A DNA stretch of 46,776 nucleotides from an uncultured Bacteroidales bacterium (GTDB lineage Bacteria > Bacteroidota > Bacteroidia > Bacteroidales > UBA10428): contig CBFCXR010000003.1 in NCBI GenBank assembly GCA_965602045.1, positions 1-46,776 of the forward strand. The letters are read 5' to 3'. The translations under genes were made by a program, and so were the position numbers. The notes under the pieces were generated by a model. That model saw only the letters and a list, made by a program, of their open reading frames with translations, had not been told where the DNA came from and ran no database searches. Shown here piece after piece: positions 17,781 to 27,090 of the stretch (position 1 is the first letter of the stretch; every line of letters starts with the position of its first letter).

Positions 17781-18803
17781 ATGAAAGCATTTAGAATTGA
17801 TGAACCCGGGAAATATTCATTTATAGAAATCCCAAAGCCTGTTCCAAAAAAAGGAGAAGTGCTGGTTAAAATAGCGCGTCTGGGATTTTGCGGCAGTGAT
17901 ATGAATATATGGAGAGGACTCAATCCCCTGGTAAAGTACCCCAGGATAATCGGACATGAAATAAGCGGCGAAATCGAAGAAGTAACCTCCGGTGTTCCTG
18001 ATATATATAAACCTGGTATGAGGGTTACGGTAATTCCTTATACAAATTGCGGAACATGTGCTGCGTGCCGTGTTAAAAAAGCCAATGCCTGTAAGGATAA
18101 CCAGACTTTAGGTGTGCAACGCGATGGTGCTTCTACAGAATATATCTCCGTCCCATGGGAGAAATTAGTGTATTCCAGTAAACTTTCACATGATGAACTG
18201 GTCCTTTTAGAACCTCTGTCAGTTGGATTTCACGCAGTTAAGAGAGGTAAAGTAACAAAGAATGAATATGTAGCTGTATTCGGATGTGGTATGATAGGCC
18301 TGGGGGCTTTGCTCGGAGCTTCAGCTCATACAGGTAATGTTATAGCTATTGATATTGCAGAAGATAAACTAAAAATTGCCGGTAAAATGGGTGCTGCTTA
18401 TACTATTAATCCTTCAAAACAAGATATTCATGATTCATTGGTTGAAATAACCGGAGGATTCGGCCCAGATATAGTTATTGAAGCAGCAGGTAGTCCGGTT
18501 GCTTACCTTCAGACGGTGTCTGAAGTGGCTTTTGCCGGCCGGATAGTATATATAGGTTATGTGAAAGAAGATATATCCTTTTCCACAAAACTATTTGTAA
18601 TGAAGGAGCTGGATATTCACGGATCACGTAATGCCGATATTGAAGATTTGATAGATGTGATGAAGATACTGGAAGAAAACAGGGTATCAACAGAATCATT
18701 AATAACCAGGAAAGTTCCCTTTCTAAAGGCCGGGGAAGCCCTTGCTGAATGGTCAGAAAATCCTTCAAAGTTTGTAAAAATTATTATAGACCTGCAAAAG
18801 TAA
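17781..18803 (+). CDS. Zn-dependent dehydrogenase, probable L-galactonate 5-dehydrogenase
   Basis: CGSD, GHE, CxxCxxC...C structural Zn site, EPLSVGFHAVKRG, GCGMIG, GSRNA; clustered with lactonase and AKR. Confidence 0.75.
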   Translation: MKAFRIDEPGKYSFIEIPKPVPKKGEVLVKIARLGFCGSDMNIWRGLNPLVKYPRIIGHEISGEIEEVTSGVPDIYKPGMRVTVIPYTNCGTCAACRVKKANACKDNQTLGVQRDGASTEYISVPWEKLVYSSKLSHDELVLLEPLSVGFHAVKRGKVTKNEYVAVFGCGMIGLGALLGASAHTGNVIAIDIAEDKLKIAGKMGAAYTINPSKQDIHDSLVEITGGFGPDIVIEAAGSPVAYLQTVSEVAFAGRIVYIGYVKEDISFSTKLFVMKELDIHGSRNADIEDLIDVMKILEENRVSTESLITRKVPFLKAGEALAEWSENPSKFVKIIIDLQK

Positions 18804-18865
18804 TATTAATGGATAATCATTAGCCATTTTCTAATAAAGAGTAATTATTCAATAACTTATGTATT

Positions 18866-19699
18866 ATGTTAAAAATTGACTCACACCAGCACTTCTGGAA
18901 ATATAATACCGGCGATTACCAATGGATTGATGATAAAATGGAAGTCCTGAAGAGAGATTTTTTATCTGAACATCTGGCTGAAGAACAGAGAAAATGGGAC
19001 TTTGATGGAAGCATTTCCATACAAGCAAGGCAGAATGAACAAGAGAATAAGTTTCTGCTGAATCAGTCAGAAAATAATCCTTTAATCAAAGGCATAGTTG
19101 GCTGGATAGACCTGCGGGCTAATAATGTTGAAGAGCAGTTAAGCAACGCCTCAAAGTTCGTGAAATTCCGTGGTGTCCGCCATGTTATTCACGATGAACC
19201 TGACATTGATTTTATGCTTGATCCGGCATTTTTAAATGGGATATCAAAATTGCAGCAATTTGGACTAACTTATGATATACTTATATTCACACAACATCTG
19301 CCCAACACAATAAAAATGGTCGGTAAATTTCCGGATCAGAAATTTGTGCTTGACCATATTGGAAAACCTTTGATCAGGGATAAAATTCTCGAGCCCTGGA
19401 GTAGTCTGATAAAAATACTGGGAGGATTTCCAAACATATACTGCAAAATATCCGGTATGGTAACAGAAGCTGACTGGAATAGTTGGAAACAATCTGACTT
19501 TAAGCCTTATATTGACATAGTATATGAAGCATTTGGTGAGGACCGGCTAATGATTGGCAGTGACTGGCCCGTATGCAGACTTGCAGGCGGGTATGGCCAG
19601 GTGATGGGAATTGTGGAGAAATATTTTAGTAATTTTCCTGAAAATATACAGGAAAAGATCTTTTCAGGGAATTGTCTGGATTTTTACAATATCAGGTGA
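18866..19699 (+). CDS. Amidohydrolase-family sugar lactonase (L-fucono/L-galactono-1,5-lactonase-like)
   Basis: IDSHQHFW, RGVRH, VLDHIGKP, KISG, GSDWPV. Confidence 0.85.
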   Translation: MLKIDSHQHFWKYNTGDYQWIDDKMEVLKRDFLSEHLAEEQRKWDFDGSISIQARQNEQENKFLLNQSENNPLIKGIVGWIDLRANNVEEQLSNASKFVKFRGVRHVIHDEPDIDFMLDPAFLNGISKLQQFGLTYDILIFTQHLPNTIKMVGKFPDQKFVLDHIGKPLIRDKILEPWSSLIKILGGFPNIYCKISGMVTEADWNSWKQSDFKPYIDIVYEAFGEDRLMIGSDWPVCRLAGGYGQVMGIVEKYFSNFPENIQEKIFSGNCLDFYNIR

Positions 19700-19809
19700 A
19701 TATCAAAGAATAAAAAGGCTTTAAAATATTAGCACAAAACTGTTACCTTTATTGTGAAGAAATACACTTGTCGACAGGCAGGAAGTGAATTATTAATAAA
19801 TTATTATCT

Positions 19810-20862
19810 GTGGAAAAGCTGGAAATAAAATCTAACCTGGGAAATACAGGTTTAAAATTACCCCCGATAGTATTCGGTACAAGTTGCCTGGGAAATCTTT
19901 ATAATGCTCTTAATGATGATCTTAAACTTAACATTATTAAAGAGTGGTTCAGATATGTTGAAAAACCGGTTGTCATTGATACTGCAGGAAAATATGGAGC
20001 AGGTTTGGCTTTAGAGGTTATAGGCAAAGGTTTAAAAAAAATAAACATCAATCAGGATGATATTATAATTAGTAATAAGTTAGGCTGGTACAGGATTCCC
20101 CTTACAACACCTGAACCTACTTTTGAACCGGGAGTATGGGCAGATATTGAGAATGATGCCATTCAAAAAATAAGCTATGAGGGTATAATGGAATGCTATG
20201 ATCAGGGATGTGAACTTTTGGGCGGCAATTATAACACTGAAATTGTTTCAGTGCATGATCCTGATGAATACTTAGCACAAACATCGGATTATAATGAAAG
20301 GAATGCAAAGATTAATGATATAGTTGATGCCTATCGGGCTTTAAAAGAACTAAAAGATAAAGGAAAAGTTAAGGCTATAGGAGTTGGCTCCAAAGACTGG
20401 CATGTAATCCGTGAATTAACTGACCGGATAGATATGGACTGGATTATGCTTGCCATAAGCTTTACAATAATGAATCATCCCAAAGAATTAATTGATTTTA
20501 TTGATGAACTCACAAAAAAAGGTATTACAATAATCAATTCGGCAGTGTTTCATGGTGGATTCCTTACAGGAGGTGAATTCTATAATTACAGGAAAGCTGA
20601 CAATAACTCCGAATCAGATAAGCATTTGTTTGAATGGAGACAAAAGTTTAATAAGATATGCAAGAATTTTAATGTTGAACCTTCAGAAGCATGTGTACAA
20701 TTTGGTATTACACCTCCGGGAATTATAAGTATTGCTTTAAACACAAGTAAACCTGACAGAGTACAAAGGAATGTCGATTCAGTTCAGTGCAAAATACCGG
20801 CAGAATTCTGGAGAGCTATGCAGAAAAGTAATTTAATTGATCCGGAGTATCCTTATTTATAA
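19810..20862 (+). CDS. Aldo/keto reductase, probable L-galactose/L-fucose 1-dehydrogenase
   Basis: FGTSCLGNLY, DTAGKYGAG, SNKLG, VHDPD, VFHGGFL; GTG start. Confidence 0.8.
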   Translation: MEKLEIKSNLGNTGLKLPPIVFGTSCLGNLYNALNDDLKLNIIKEWFRYVEKPVVIDTAGKYGAGLALEVIGKGLKKININQDDIIISNKLGWYRIPLTTPEPTFEPGVWADIENDAIQKISYEGIMECYDQGCELLGGNYNTEIVSVHDPDEYLAQTSDYNERNAKINDIVDAYRALKELKDKGKVKAIGVGSKDWHVIRELTDRIDMDWIMLAISFTIMNHPKELIDFIDELTKKGITIINSAVFHGGFLTGGEFYNYRKADNNSESDKHLFEWRQKFNKICKNFNVEPSEACVQFGITPPGIISIALNTSKPDRVQRNVDSVQCKIPAEFWRAMQKSNLIDPEYPYL

Positions 20863-20946
20863 TTTTAAATAAGAATTGTCTAAATTTATTTAGCTTAAAA
20901 ATTCCAGGCACTATATAAATCAACGGTTTTAAATACTAATATTAAT

Positions 20947-21699
20947 ATGGCAAATGAAAAGAAATATTTAAAAAGGTACTGTAAAACACTCAACCTGCAA
21001 AATGATCCCGGGCTTATTATAGATTATAAGAAAACCCATGAAGCTGGTGCTGTATGGCCTGAGATCACACAAGGTATGAAGGATGTTGGGATTATTGATA
21101 TGGAAATTTACATTTACGGTAATATGCTATTTATGATAATGGATACAATTGCTGATTTCAATCATGATAAATCAATGGCTGAACTTGGCAATAAACCACG
21201 CCAGGCAGAATGGGAAGCTTATGTATCTAAATTCCAGGAAACTTCCCCTGATAGCTCAGCTAAAGAAAAATGGCCATTGCTGGAAAGGATTTATGAGATG
21301 GATCAAACAAAAGAATTTGCACCGGAAGACGGACAGGTAAAATTAAGAATAGCAAATTTTAAGAGGTATTGCAAAACACTAATGCTGGAACAGGACGGTG
21401 AATTAATACAGGAATATAAAAAGGTACATGGAATAGGAAAAGCATGGACTGAGATTACACTTGGGATGAAAGAAGTTGGTATCGTTGACATGGAAATATA
21501 TATACACAGGAACCGTTTGTTTATGATTATGGATACAGTTATGGGTTTTGATCATGATTTAGCTATGGCAGAATTGGCCGGTAAAACACGCCAGGCTGAA
21601 TGGGAAGCTTATGTATCAAAATTTCAAAAAGCATCCTCAACTGCATCAGCAGATGATAAGTGGCAACTTATGGAAAGGATATATAAATTAGATAAGTAA
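20947..21699 (+). CDS. Tandem two-domain L-rhamnose mutarotase-family (RhaM/DUF718) protein
   Basis: Two copies of KRYCKTL...YKKxH...W.EIT.GMK.VGI.DMEIY...LFMIMDT...RQAEWEAYVSKFQ...KW.L.ERIY. Confidence 0.88.
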   Translation: MANEKKYLKRYCKTLNLQNDPGLIIDYKKTHEAGAVWPEITQGMKDVGIIDMEIYIYGNMLFMIMDTIADFNHDKSMAELGNKPRQAEWEAYVSKFQETSPDSSAKEKWPLLERIYEMDQTKEFAPEDGQVKLRIANFKRYCKTLMLEQDGELIQEYKKVHGIGKAWTEITLGMKEVGIVDMEIYIHRNRLFMIMDTVMGFDHDLAMAELAGKTRQAEWEAYVSKFQKASSTASADDKWQLMERIYKLDK

Positions 21700-21754
21700 G
21701 TGTAAAACCTGGATTCAGATCCTGCAAATGTATCAATCAAATAGAATACTCATA

Positions 21755-23011
21755 CTATAACAAAGATTTCTTAAGCTTAATAATTTCTATTCCGGCGTCT
21801 ATCACAGGACCAATACCATGTTTTTCATTTAGCCTCGCTGGACGCTTATAATAAAATACCATATTATCTTCAATGCCTGTTCCAACACATATGTCTTTTA
21901 CCTGGCCATCGTTTGTGATTTTATGTTCTTTCAGACCTCTCCAGCCTTGTATTGCAATTGATCCATAACGTTCATCTATCCAGCCTTCATTTACAGCCCT
22001 GGCTATACAATATACAAACATAGCAGTACAGGATGATTCAAGATACGAATCAGTTTTATCAAGCAACTGATGCCATAATCCATCAGAATTCTGGTATTTT
22101 GCAATTCCCAGAATCTGTTTCTCAAGGTTTTTAATCAGCCCTTTTCTTTTGGGATGATCAGCCGGTAATATATTTAACAGGTGAACCTGTGCCATCATAA
22201 TCCATCCGTTACATCTTCCCCAGTGTGCCACTCCGTTCCTTTCAAGATCACTGTAGTAACAGTGGTAATATAATTCATTTTCCTCATTCCAAAGGTATTT
22301 AGTAAAATTTAACACCTGGTTTATAGCATCGTCATAATATTTGCTATCACCGGAAAACTTTCCCATTCTGGCCAGAAAAGGCACACTCATATATAAATCA
22401 TCAGCCCATAAGGTCATTGCATGAGGAAATGTCCGTACAAGTGTACCATCATCCAGACGCTCCTGAACGTTAGTAATATGATTTGCAGTGTTTTCAATAT
22501 ACTCCTTATATTTTTTCCGCTTATTTTTCTCATAGACCTCAATCATGCTGGCGCCCATTGCCCCGCAATCGTCAAGCTCCCGCATAGTCCACAGCTGCCC
22601 GAAAGGATATTGATGATGGGGAAGGTCATTATTAAAACGTTTCTGAAAAAATTTGTAGTTGTCCATACCAAACGCGATATGTTGTGCAGCAAAATCAAAA
22701 TATTTTTCTTCATCCAGAAAATCTGAAAGATTAACCATAGCCATGTTTAAAACACCATTTGTATAATGCCATTCACCAAACGGACTTTTTAACCTTGTAT
22801 TCACATCTTCCGGTATATTATTGGTTGAGGTATATGTTTGTTTGTCTTTAATCCCAATAAAACTGAATTCTGCATTATCCAGAACATAATCAGCTACTTT
22901 TCTTAAAACAATTTCATCAGTGTCCTTTTTTTGCGTATAGCATGTTGATACCAGAAAACATAATAAACAAACAGAAAAGAACGATTTTAATATAATCCCC
23001 TTATTTTTCAT
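21755..23011 (-). CDS. GH105 unsaturated rhamnogalacturonyl/uronyl hydrolase, exported
   Basis: LDDCG, WADDLYMSVPFL, HWGRCNGW, GLWHQLLD, ESSCTAMF, ICVGT; N-terminal signal peptide. Confidence 0.88.
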   Translation of the reverse strand: MKNKGIILKSFFSVCLLCFLVSTCYTQKKDTDEIVLRKVADYVLDNAEFSFIGIKDKQTYTSTNNIPEDVNTRLKSPFGEWHYTNGVLNMAMVNLSDFLDEEKYFDFAAQHIAFGMDNYKFFQKRFNNDLPHHQYPFGQLWTMRELDDCGAMGASMIEVYEKNKRKKYKEYIENTANHITNVQERLDDGTLVRTFPHAMTLWADDLYMSVPFLARMGKFSGDSKYYDDAINQVLNFTKYLWNEENELYYHCYYSDLERNGVAHWGRCNGWIMMAQVHLLNILPADHPKRKGLIKNLEKQILGIAKYQNSDGLWHQLLDKTDSYLESSCTAMFVYCIARAVNEGWIDERYGSIAIQGWRGLKEHKITNDGQVKDICVGTGIEDNMVFYYKRPARLNEKHGIGPVIDAGIEIIKLKKSLL

Positions 23012-23024
23012 TTTTTACAATAAA

Positions 23025-24074
23025 CTAATGAATAACCATTTTTGTATAGTCTATTTTGTTTCCTATTTGTAGTTTAATGTAATAAATGCCTTTAGAATAA
23101 TCGGATACGTCATGATACAAAATATTATTCCCATAAATATTTTTCTTAACCGGAAGAATATCTATCTGTTGCCCGGTGATATCGAATACAGAAACCTGAA
23201 CATCAGCAGATCCCGGGGATTTAAAACGAATAGTTACCTGTTCTGAAGCAGGATTAGGGAATACTGTCAAATTATAATTTTGTTGAATTCTATTTTCTCG
23301 TATTGCATCAGGAGTACCGACTTCAAACATAAATTCAATACTGCGATGAAGTACGTCATAGAAATCCTGAGTTCCAAATCCCCGTGCATGGTAGTGATGA
23401 GCAACACCCAAATATAGAATTATATCATTAATAATTCCTATAGCTAACGGATCCTCTGCAATAACCTTCTTAGGTTTTGCGAGAACCTCAACATTACCAT
23501 TTATGCCATATGGATAACCAATTCCATAAGTAAGATCATTTGTTGAATACTGAACTTTCTGATTTAGTGAATAATTTTCTGTTATATAATGACTATCGTC
23601 AACAATTGTCCACCAAAGATCATCTTCCACCGGGGGATTATATCCCATAATTGCCCCTGGGCCACCCAGATCAGTATCTAACAAAAACATATTCCATTTG
23701 TCCACATCATTCGAAAATACACCAACTTCCATCAATATACAGGGAACCGGGAAAGCATCACGAACAGCATAGTTTGGAACTGCAACAGAATTAATTGACT
23801 CTGAAATGATAACTCCGGCAACAACTATATTGCCTTGCCCATCTTCATATAAATCTTCTGCTGTAGCAATATTAAATGATCCGGCTGACATATAAGTAAC
23901 ATCTACCCAATCCCATTTAGTAATACTATCCAGTAATACACTATCCTGATCACAAGAGACATCCGCAGTACCACCAACAAAAATAATTTGTTTGTTTTGT
24001 GCATTTGCTGTCAACGTAAATAAACATAACGTTGATACAAAAAATGTAATTTTTATAAGGTATAGTGTTTTCAT
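23025..24074 (-). CDS. T9SS type A sorting domain-containing secreted protein of unknown function
   Basis: Signal peptide ending ANA-Q; C-terminus VFPNPAS...VFDITGQ...KGIYYIKL...KMVIH is a typical CTD. Confidence 0.88.
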   Translation of the reverse strand: MKTLYLIKITFFVSTLCLFTLTANAQNKQIIFVGGTADVSCDQDSVLLDSITKWDWVDVTYMSAGSFNIATAEDLYEDGQGNIVVAGVIISESINSVAVPNYAVRDAFPVPCILMEVGVFSNDVDKWNMFLLDTDLGGPGAIMGYNPPVEDDLWWTIVDDSHYITENYSLNQKVQYSTNDLTYGIGYPYGINGNVEVLAKPKKVIAEDPLAIGIINDIILYLGVAHHYHARGFGTQDFYDVLHRSIEFMFEVGTPDAIRENRIQQNYNLTVFPNPASEQVTIRFKSPGSADVQVSVFDITGQQIDILPVKKNIYGNNILYHDVSDYSKGIYYIKLQIGNKIDYTKMVIH

Positions 24075-24109
24075 AGTAATAATTTTTAGTTTATTAATTC
24101 TTTACATTA

Positions 24110-24117
24110 CAAAAATA
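24110..24117 (-). promoter_or_regulatory. Possible -7 promoter element (TATTTTTG) for the T9SS protein-GH105 pair
   Basis: TAnnTTTG match on the minus strand 35 bp upstream of the start; no properly spaced -33 element. Confidence 0.4.
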
Positions 24118-24240
24118 CTAAAATAAATAATTCGGATAATAGTACAACTATATATTATTCTTGGTTGACATGGCTAACTGATTTTTTATAAGCATTTACA
24201 TCTCGTAAAGATTCACTAATACTTAAAGTTCTTTTATAAC

Positions 24241-27087
24241 CTATTCAAAATATATTAAGTCGTAGGGTGTAAGTGTTACAGGACCCGTTAATCCTGATTT
24301 TTGAGGAATCCATTTTGATGCATTGAAAAGCCCGTTATCTCCTCTATTTTCCCGTTTGTTTGCGGGGAAATTAATATTATAGAACTTTTTCCATATAAAA
24401 CCCTGTCTGTCTAAATAAGAAATTCGGTTAGCCATAAGATTTGTAACTTTTATCTCAAGCAAGTTAGATGTCTTTAGCTTTCCCTGTGGAATTGTTATGC
24501 TGTAAGGAGGTGCAAAAAGTATTGCCAGTTCTTCTCCATTGAGTATTAATACTGCGCTTTCATAAATCTTTTCTATTTCAAGTAACCATCTGTCTGCAGT
24601 ATCATCCGGAATTTCGAAGTTTATTGAATATTTTGCAGTCCCGGAAAAATTTCCATTATCATCGCCACCAAAATTTGTCCATAAATCCGGTTTTTGCGCT
24701 TTTATTTCTTCAGGAAGTGCTGATCCTCCTTCAATAAAATTTATAGTCCACTCTCCATCAATACTATATGATTCACCGGCTTTTTTAATATATGGATATT
24801 GCGGTCCTTTTACAACACCTGGAAAAGCTTTTAAAATGCAGGATTCACCTGGCTGGAGTTGAAGTTGTATTTCATTTGTTCCGTTTTCCGAAATTCTAAT
24901 AGCTGCCATTCCCTTTATCTTGTACAAAGGATTAAAAACAGCAACTGATTTTGCTTTTGTTTGAATAGTTATCCAGCCATCAACAGCCTCTTCGCCCCGG
25001 TTTACAATAAAATATATTTTATCTTTATTTTGTTTTCTGCGTATACACTGTAAATCTTTATCCACCATAGATTCTCTAATTATTCCTGAGTATAATAATA
25101 AAGCATCAATATTTTTTCCCAACAGGAAAGATCCCCTGCCAACATCTGCCTCTAAGATCTCTAAATTCTTTAACCTGGTAAAATCCAGGCTATTTAAAAG
25201 ACTTTGAAATTCTTTCTGTCTTCTTCCAAGTTGTCCCAAACCCGGTACATCAGCAGGTAAGTTCTTATAAAAAATAATTTTTGCTCCCTGTTCAGCCAAC
25301 GATACCAGTTTTTTTAGTGTTTCAATGGAAATATAGTTGCATTTCGGCAGTACTATACTTTTGTAGATATGTCCACTTTTATAAATTAAGCCATTCTTAA
25401 AAACCAGATTTTTAATTTGATTATCAGATATATAATCCAGCTGATACCCTTTATCAAGCATTTCCTTTGCAGTTTCCCTGAACTCTGAAATATACAATCC
25501 CGGACCTCCGCCACGAAAATGCTCAAGTAAATATTTTCCTGGTTGTGAAATACGGTCGTAAAACGGGAAGTAAAGTAATACATCATTATCCGGCGTTCCT
25601 GTTTGAAGGAAGCTTTGACATCTGGAAACATAATCATTTAATGCTGAAAAATCTTTCCAGAATGTATTAGTTGGACCAAAATGCACTGAAGCATAAAACA
25701 TCCAGCCAGGCCAGGGCTCATCCTCAGGTGAAAATGTGGTTCCGTGATAAAAAATGTGATTTATGCCACCCAGAAAGTAGTTGTCAACGGTTGCTTTCAC
25801 ATCACCAAGCGATGCTAGAAAATGTTCATCCAGCCAGGTTGCTGATTCTGACGAAGTAAGTTGTTTGCCTGTAACATTTGATGCTGATGAAGCAAATTTA
25901 ATTCTAAGAATATCCCTTCCTTCTGTTTCAGGAATATCAGCTGCTGCATATAAATCAAGAATATTCGCAGGTGAACCGTGTGCCTGATTCCTGATTAAAG
26001 CTTTTTTATTTTTTGCCCATTCCTTCCACGTTAAGGTAAATTCTTCCAGAAGTAATTCAGATATTGTTTCACGGTAATCACAGAGTACACGAATATTTTC
26101 TTCAGTTGAATCCTGTGTGAAAAGTTCAGGCAAATGATCACGTAAATCATACCCTCTACGTTTTATAAATTCGTTAAAGATTTCCGGTGTCCAGTCAGCT
26201 TCTCCATATGCATCATCTACCTCATATGAGTCATTAAAAAATGCTCTTAAGTACTGAATATCAGCTTTTTTGAATGCTTTATCAAACTCTTCAAGGTATA
26301 TTTTAAGAGCTTGTTTTGAAAAATGGTCAATAACATTAGTTTCACCGCCCGGAGCAGCCCTTTCCACCATCTTTCCATGCCAGCCCTGAAATACGGCATA
26401 TAATTTCCAGTTACCCTCCTTAGCTGTCCAGAGAAGTTTTCCTGAACTGTCCACCTCTGATGTAAGATCCAATATGTTTCCTTTATCAGAATATGCCATC
26501 AGAACTTGCAGTGGCAAAGACTTTTCAAATCTAACCTGGTCTAATGCTAATTCCTGGAGATTTTTATTATCTGCAACAGGACAGTTAAGTTCTGAAATAT
26601 CCACAGATCCAATTACTGCTCTTACCATGGGTGTTTGTATGTAATTTATTGTTTCCTTTAGTTTGTCACCTTCCTTTAATATATAGGTTTTATAAGTTAC
26701 ATATTTACAGGCATGATCTTCATTCACCCATGGTCCGCCAAAAGGCCAGCCTGTTCCTGTAGCCATATCCACACCTAAATCGAGCCTTTTACCTTCTTCA
26801 AGTGTATGGATAAGCATATCCACCCATTCCCGGGATAAATATTTTATAAACTTATCTTCGTATCCTTTAACACCATAAACAGGAGTTATTTCCACTCCAC
26901 CTAAGCCTGCTTTTTTGTATTCTTCCATTGCTGTTGACAATTCACTAAAATTTACAGCACTGCCCATCCACCACCAGCGTGTCCATGGTTTTGTTATTTG
27001 AGTGATATCAGGCCATTCAAGTTCCCTGGATGAATTATCACAGGCGATAATCAAACTAATTAATACTATAAAAGAGAAGATTTTCAA
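24241..27087 (-). CDS. GH106-like alpha-L-rhamnosidase, lipoprotein
   Basis: KPWTRWWWMGS, GLGGVEITPVYG, GTGWPFGGP, FNDSYE, RNQAHGSP, SSESATW, GINHIFYHG; lipobox IIAC; TTG start. Confidence 0.82.
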   Translation of the reverse strand: MKIFSFIVLISLIIACDNSSRELEWPDITQITKPWTRWWWMGSAVNFSELSTAMEEYKKAGLGGVEITPVYGVKGYEDKFIKYLSREWVDMLIHTLEEGKRLDLGVDMATGTGWPFGGPWVNEDHACKYVTYKTYILKEGDKLKETINYIQTPMVRAVIGSVDISELNCPVADNKNLQELALDQVRFEKSLPLQVLMAYSDKGNILDLTSEVDSSGKLLWTAKEGNWKLYAVFQGWHGKMVERAAPGGETNVIDHFSKQALKIYLEEFDKAFKKADIQYLRAFFNDSYEVDDAYGEADWTPEIFNEFIKRRGYDLRDHLPELFTQDSTEENIRVLCDYRETISELLLEEFTLTWKEWAKNKKALIRNQAHGSPANILDLYAAADIPETEGRDILRIKFASSASNVTGKQLTSSESATWLDEHFLASLGDVKATVDNYFLGGINHIFYHGTTFSPEDEPWPGWMFYASVHFGPTNTFWKDFSALNDYVSRCQSFLQTGTPDNDVLLYFPFYDRISQPGKYLLEHFRGGGPGLYISEFRETAKEMLDKGYQLDYISDNQIKNLVFKNGLIYKSGHIYKSIVLPKCNYISIETLKKLVSLAEQGAKIIFYKNLPADVPGLGQLGRRQKEFQSLLNSLDFTRLKNLEILEADVGRGSFLLGKNIDALLLYSGIIRESMVDKDLQCIRRKQNKDKIYFIVNRGEEAVDGWITIQTKAKSVAVFNPLYKIKGMAAIRISENGTNEIQLQLQPGESCILKAFPGVVKGPQYPYIKKAGESYSIDGEWTINFIEGGSALPEEIKAQKPDLWTNFGGDDNGNFSGTAKYSINFEIPDDTADRWLLEIEKIYESAVLILNGEELAILFAPPYSITIPQGKLKTSNLLEIKVTNLMANRISYLDRQGFIWKKFYNINFPANKRENRGDNGLFNASKWIPQKSGLTGPVTLTPYDLIYFE

Positions 27088-27090
27088 ATT

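Noticed and set aside
19767-19782. CTTGTCGACAGGCAGG, reminiscent of short GC-rich palindromic REP-like elements
   Set aside because: Single degenerate copy in the window; cannot be supported without a genome-wide count.
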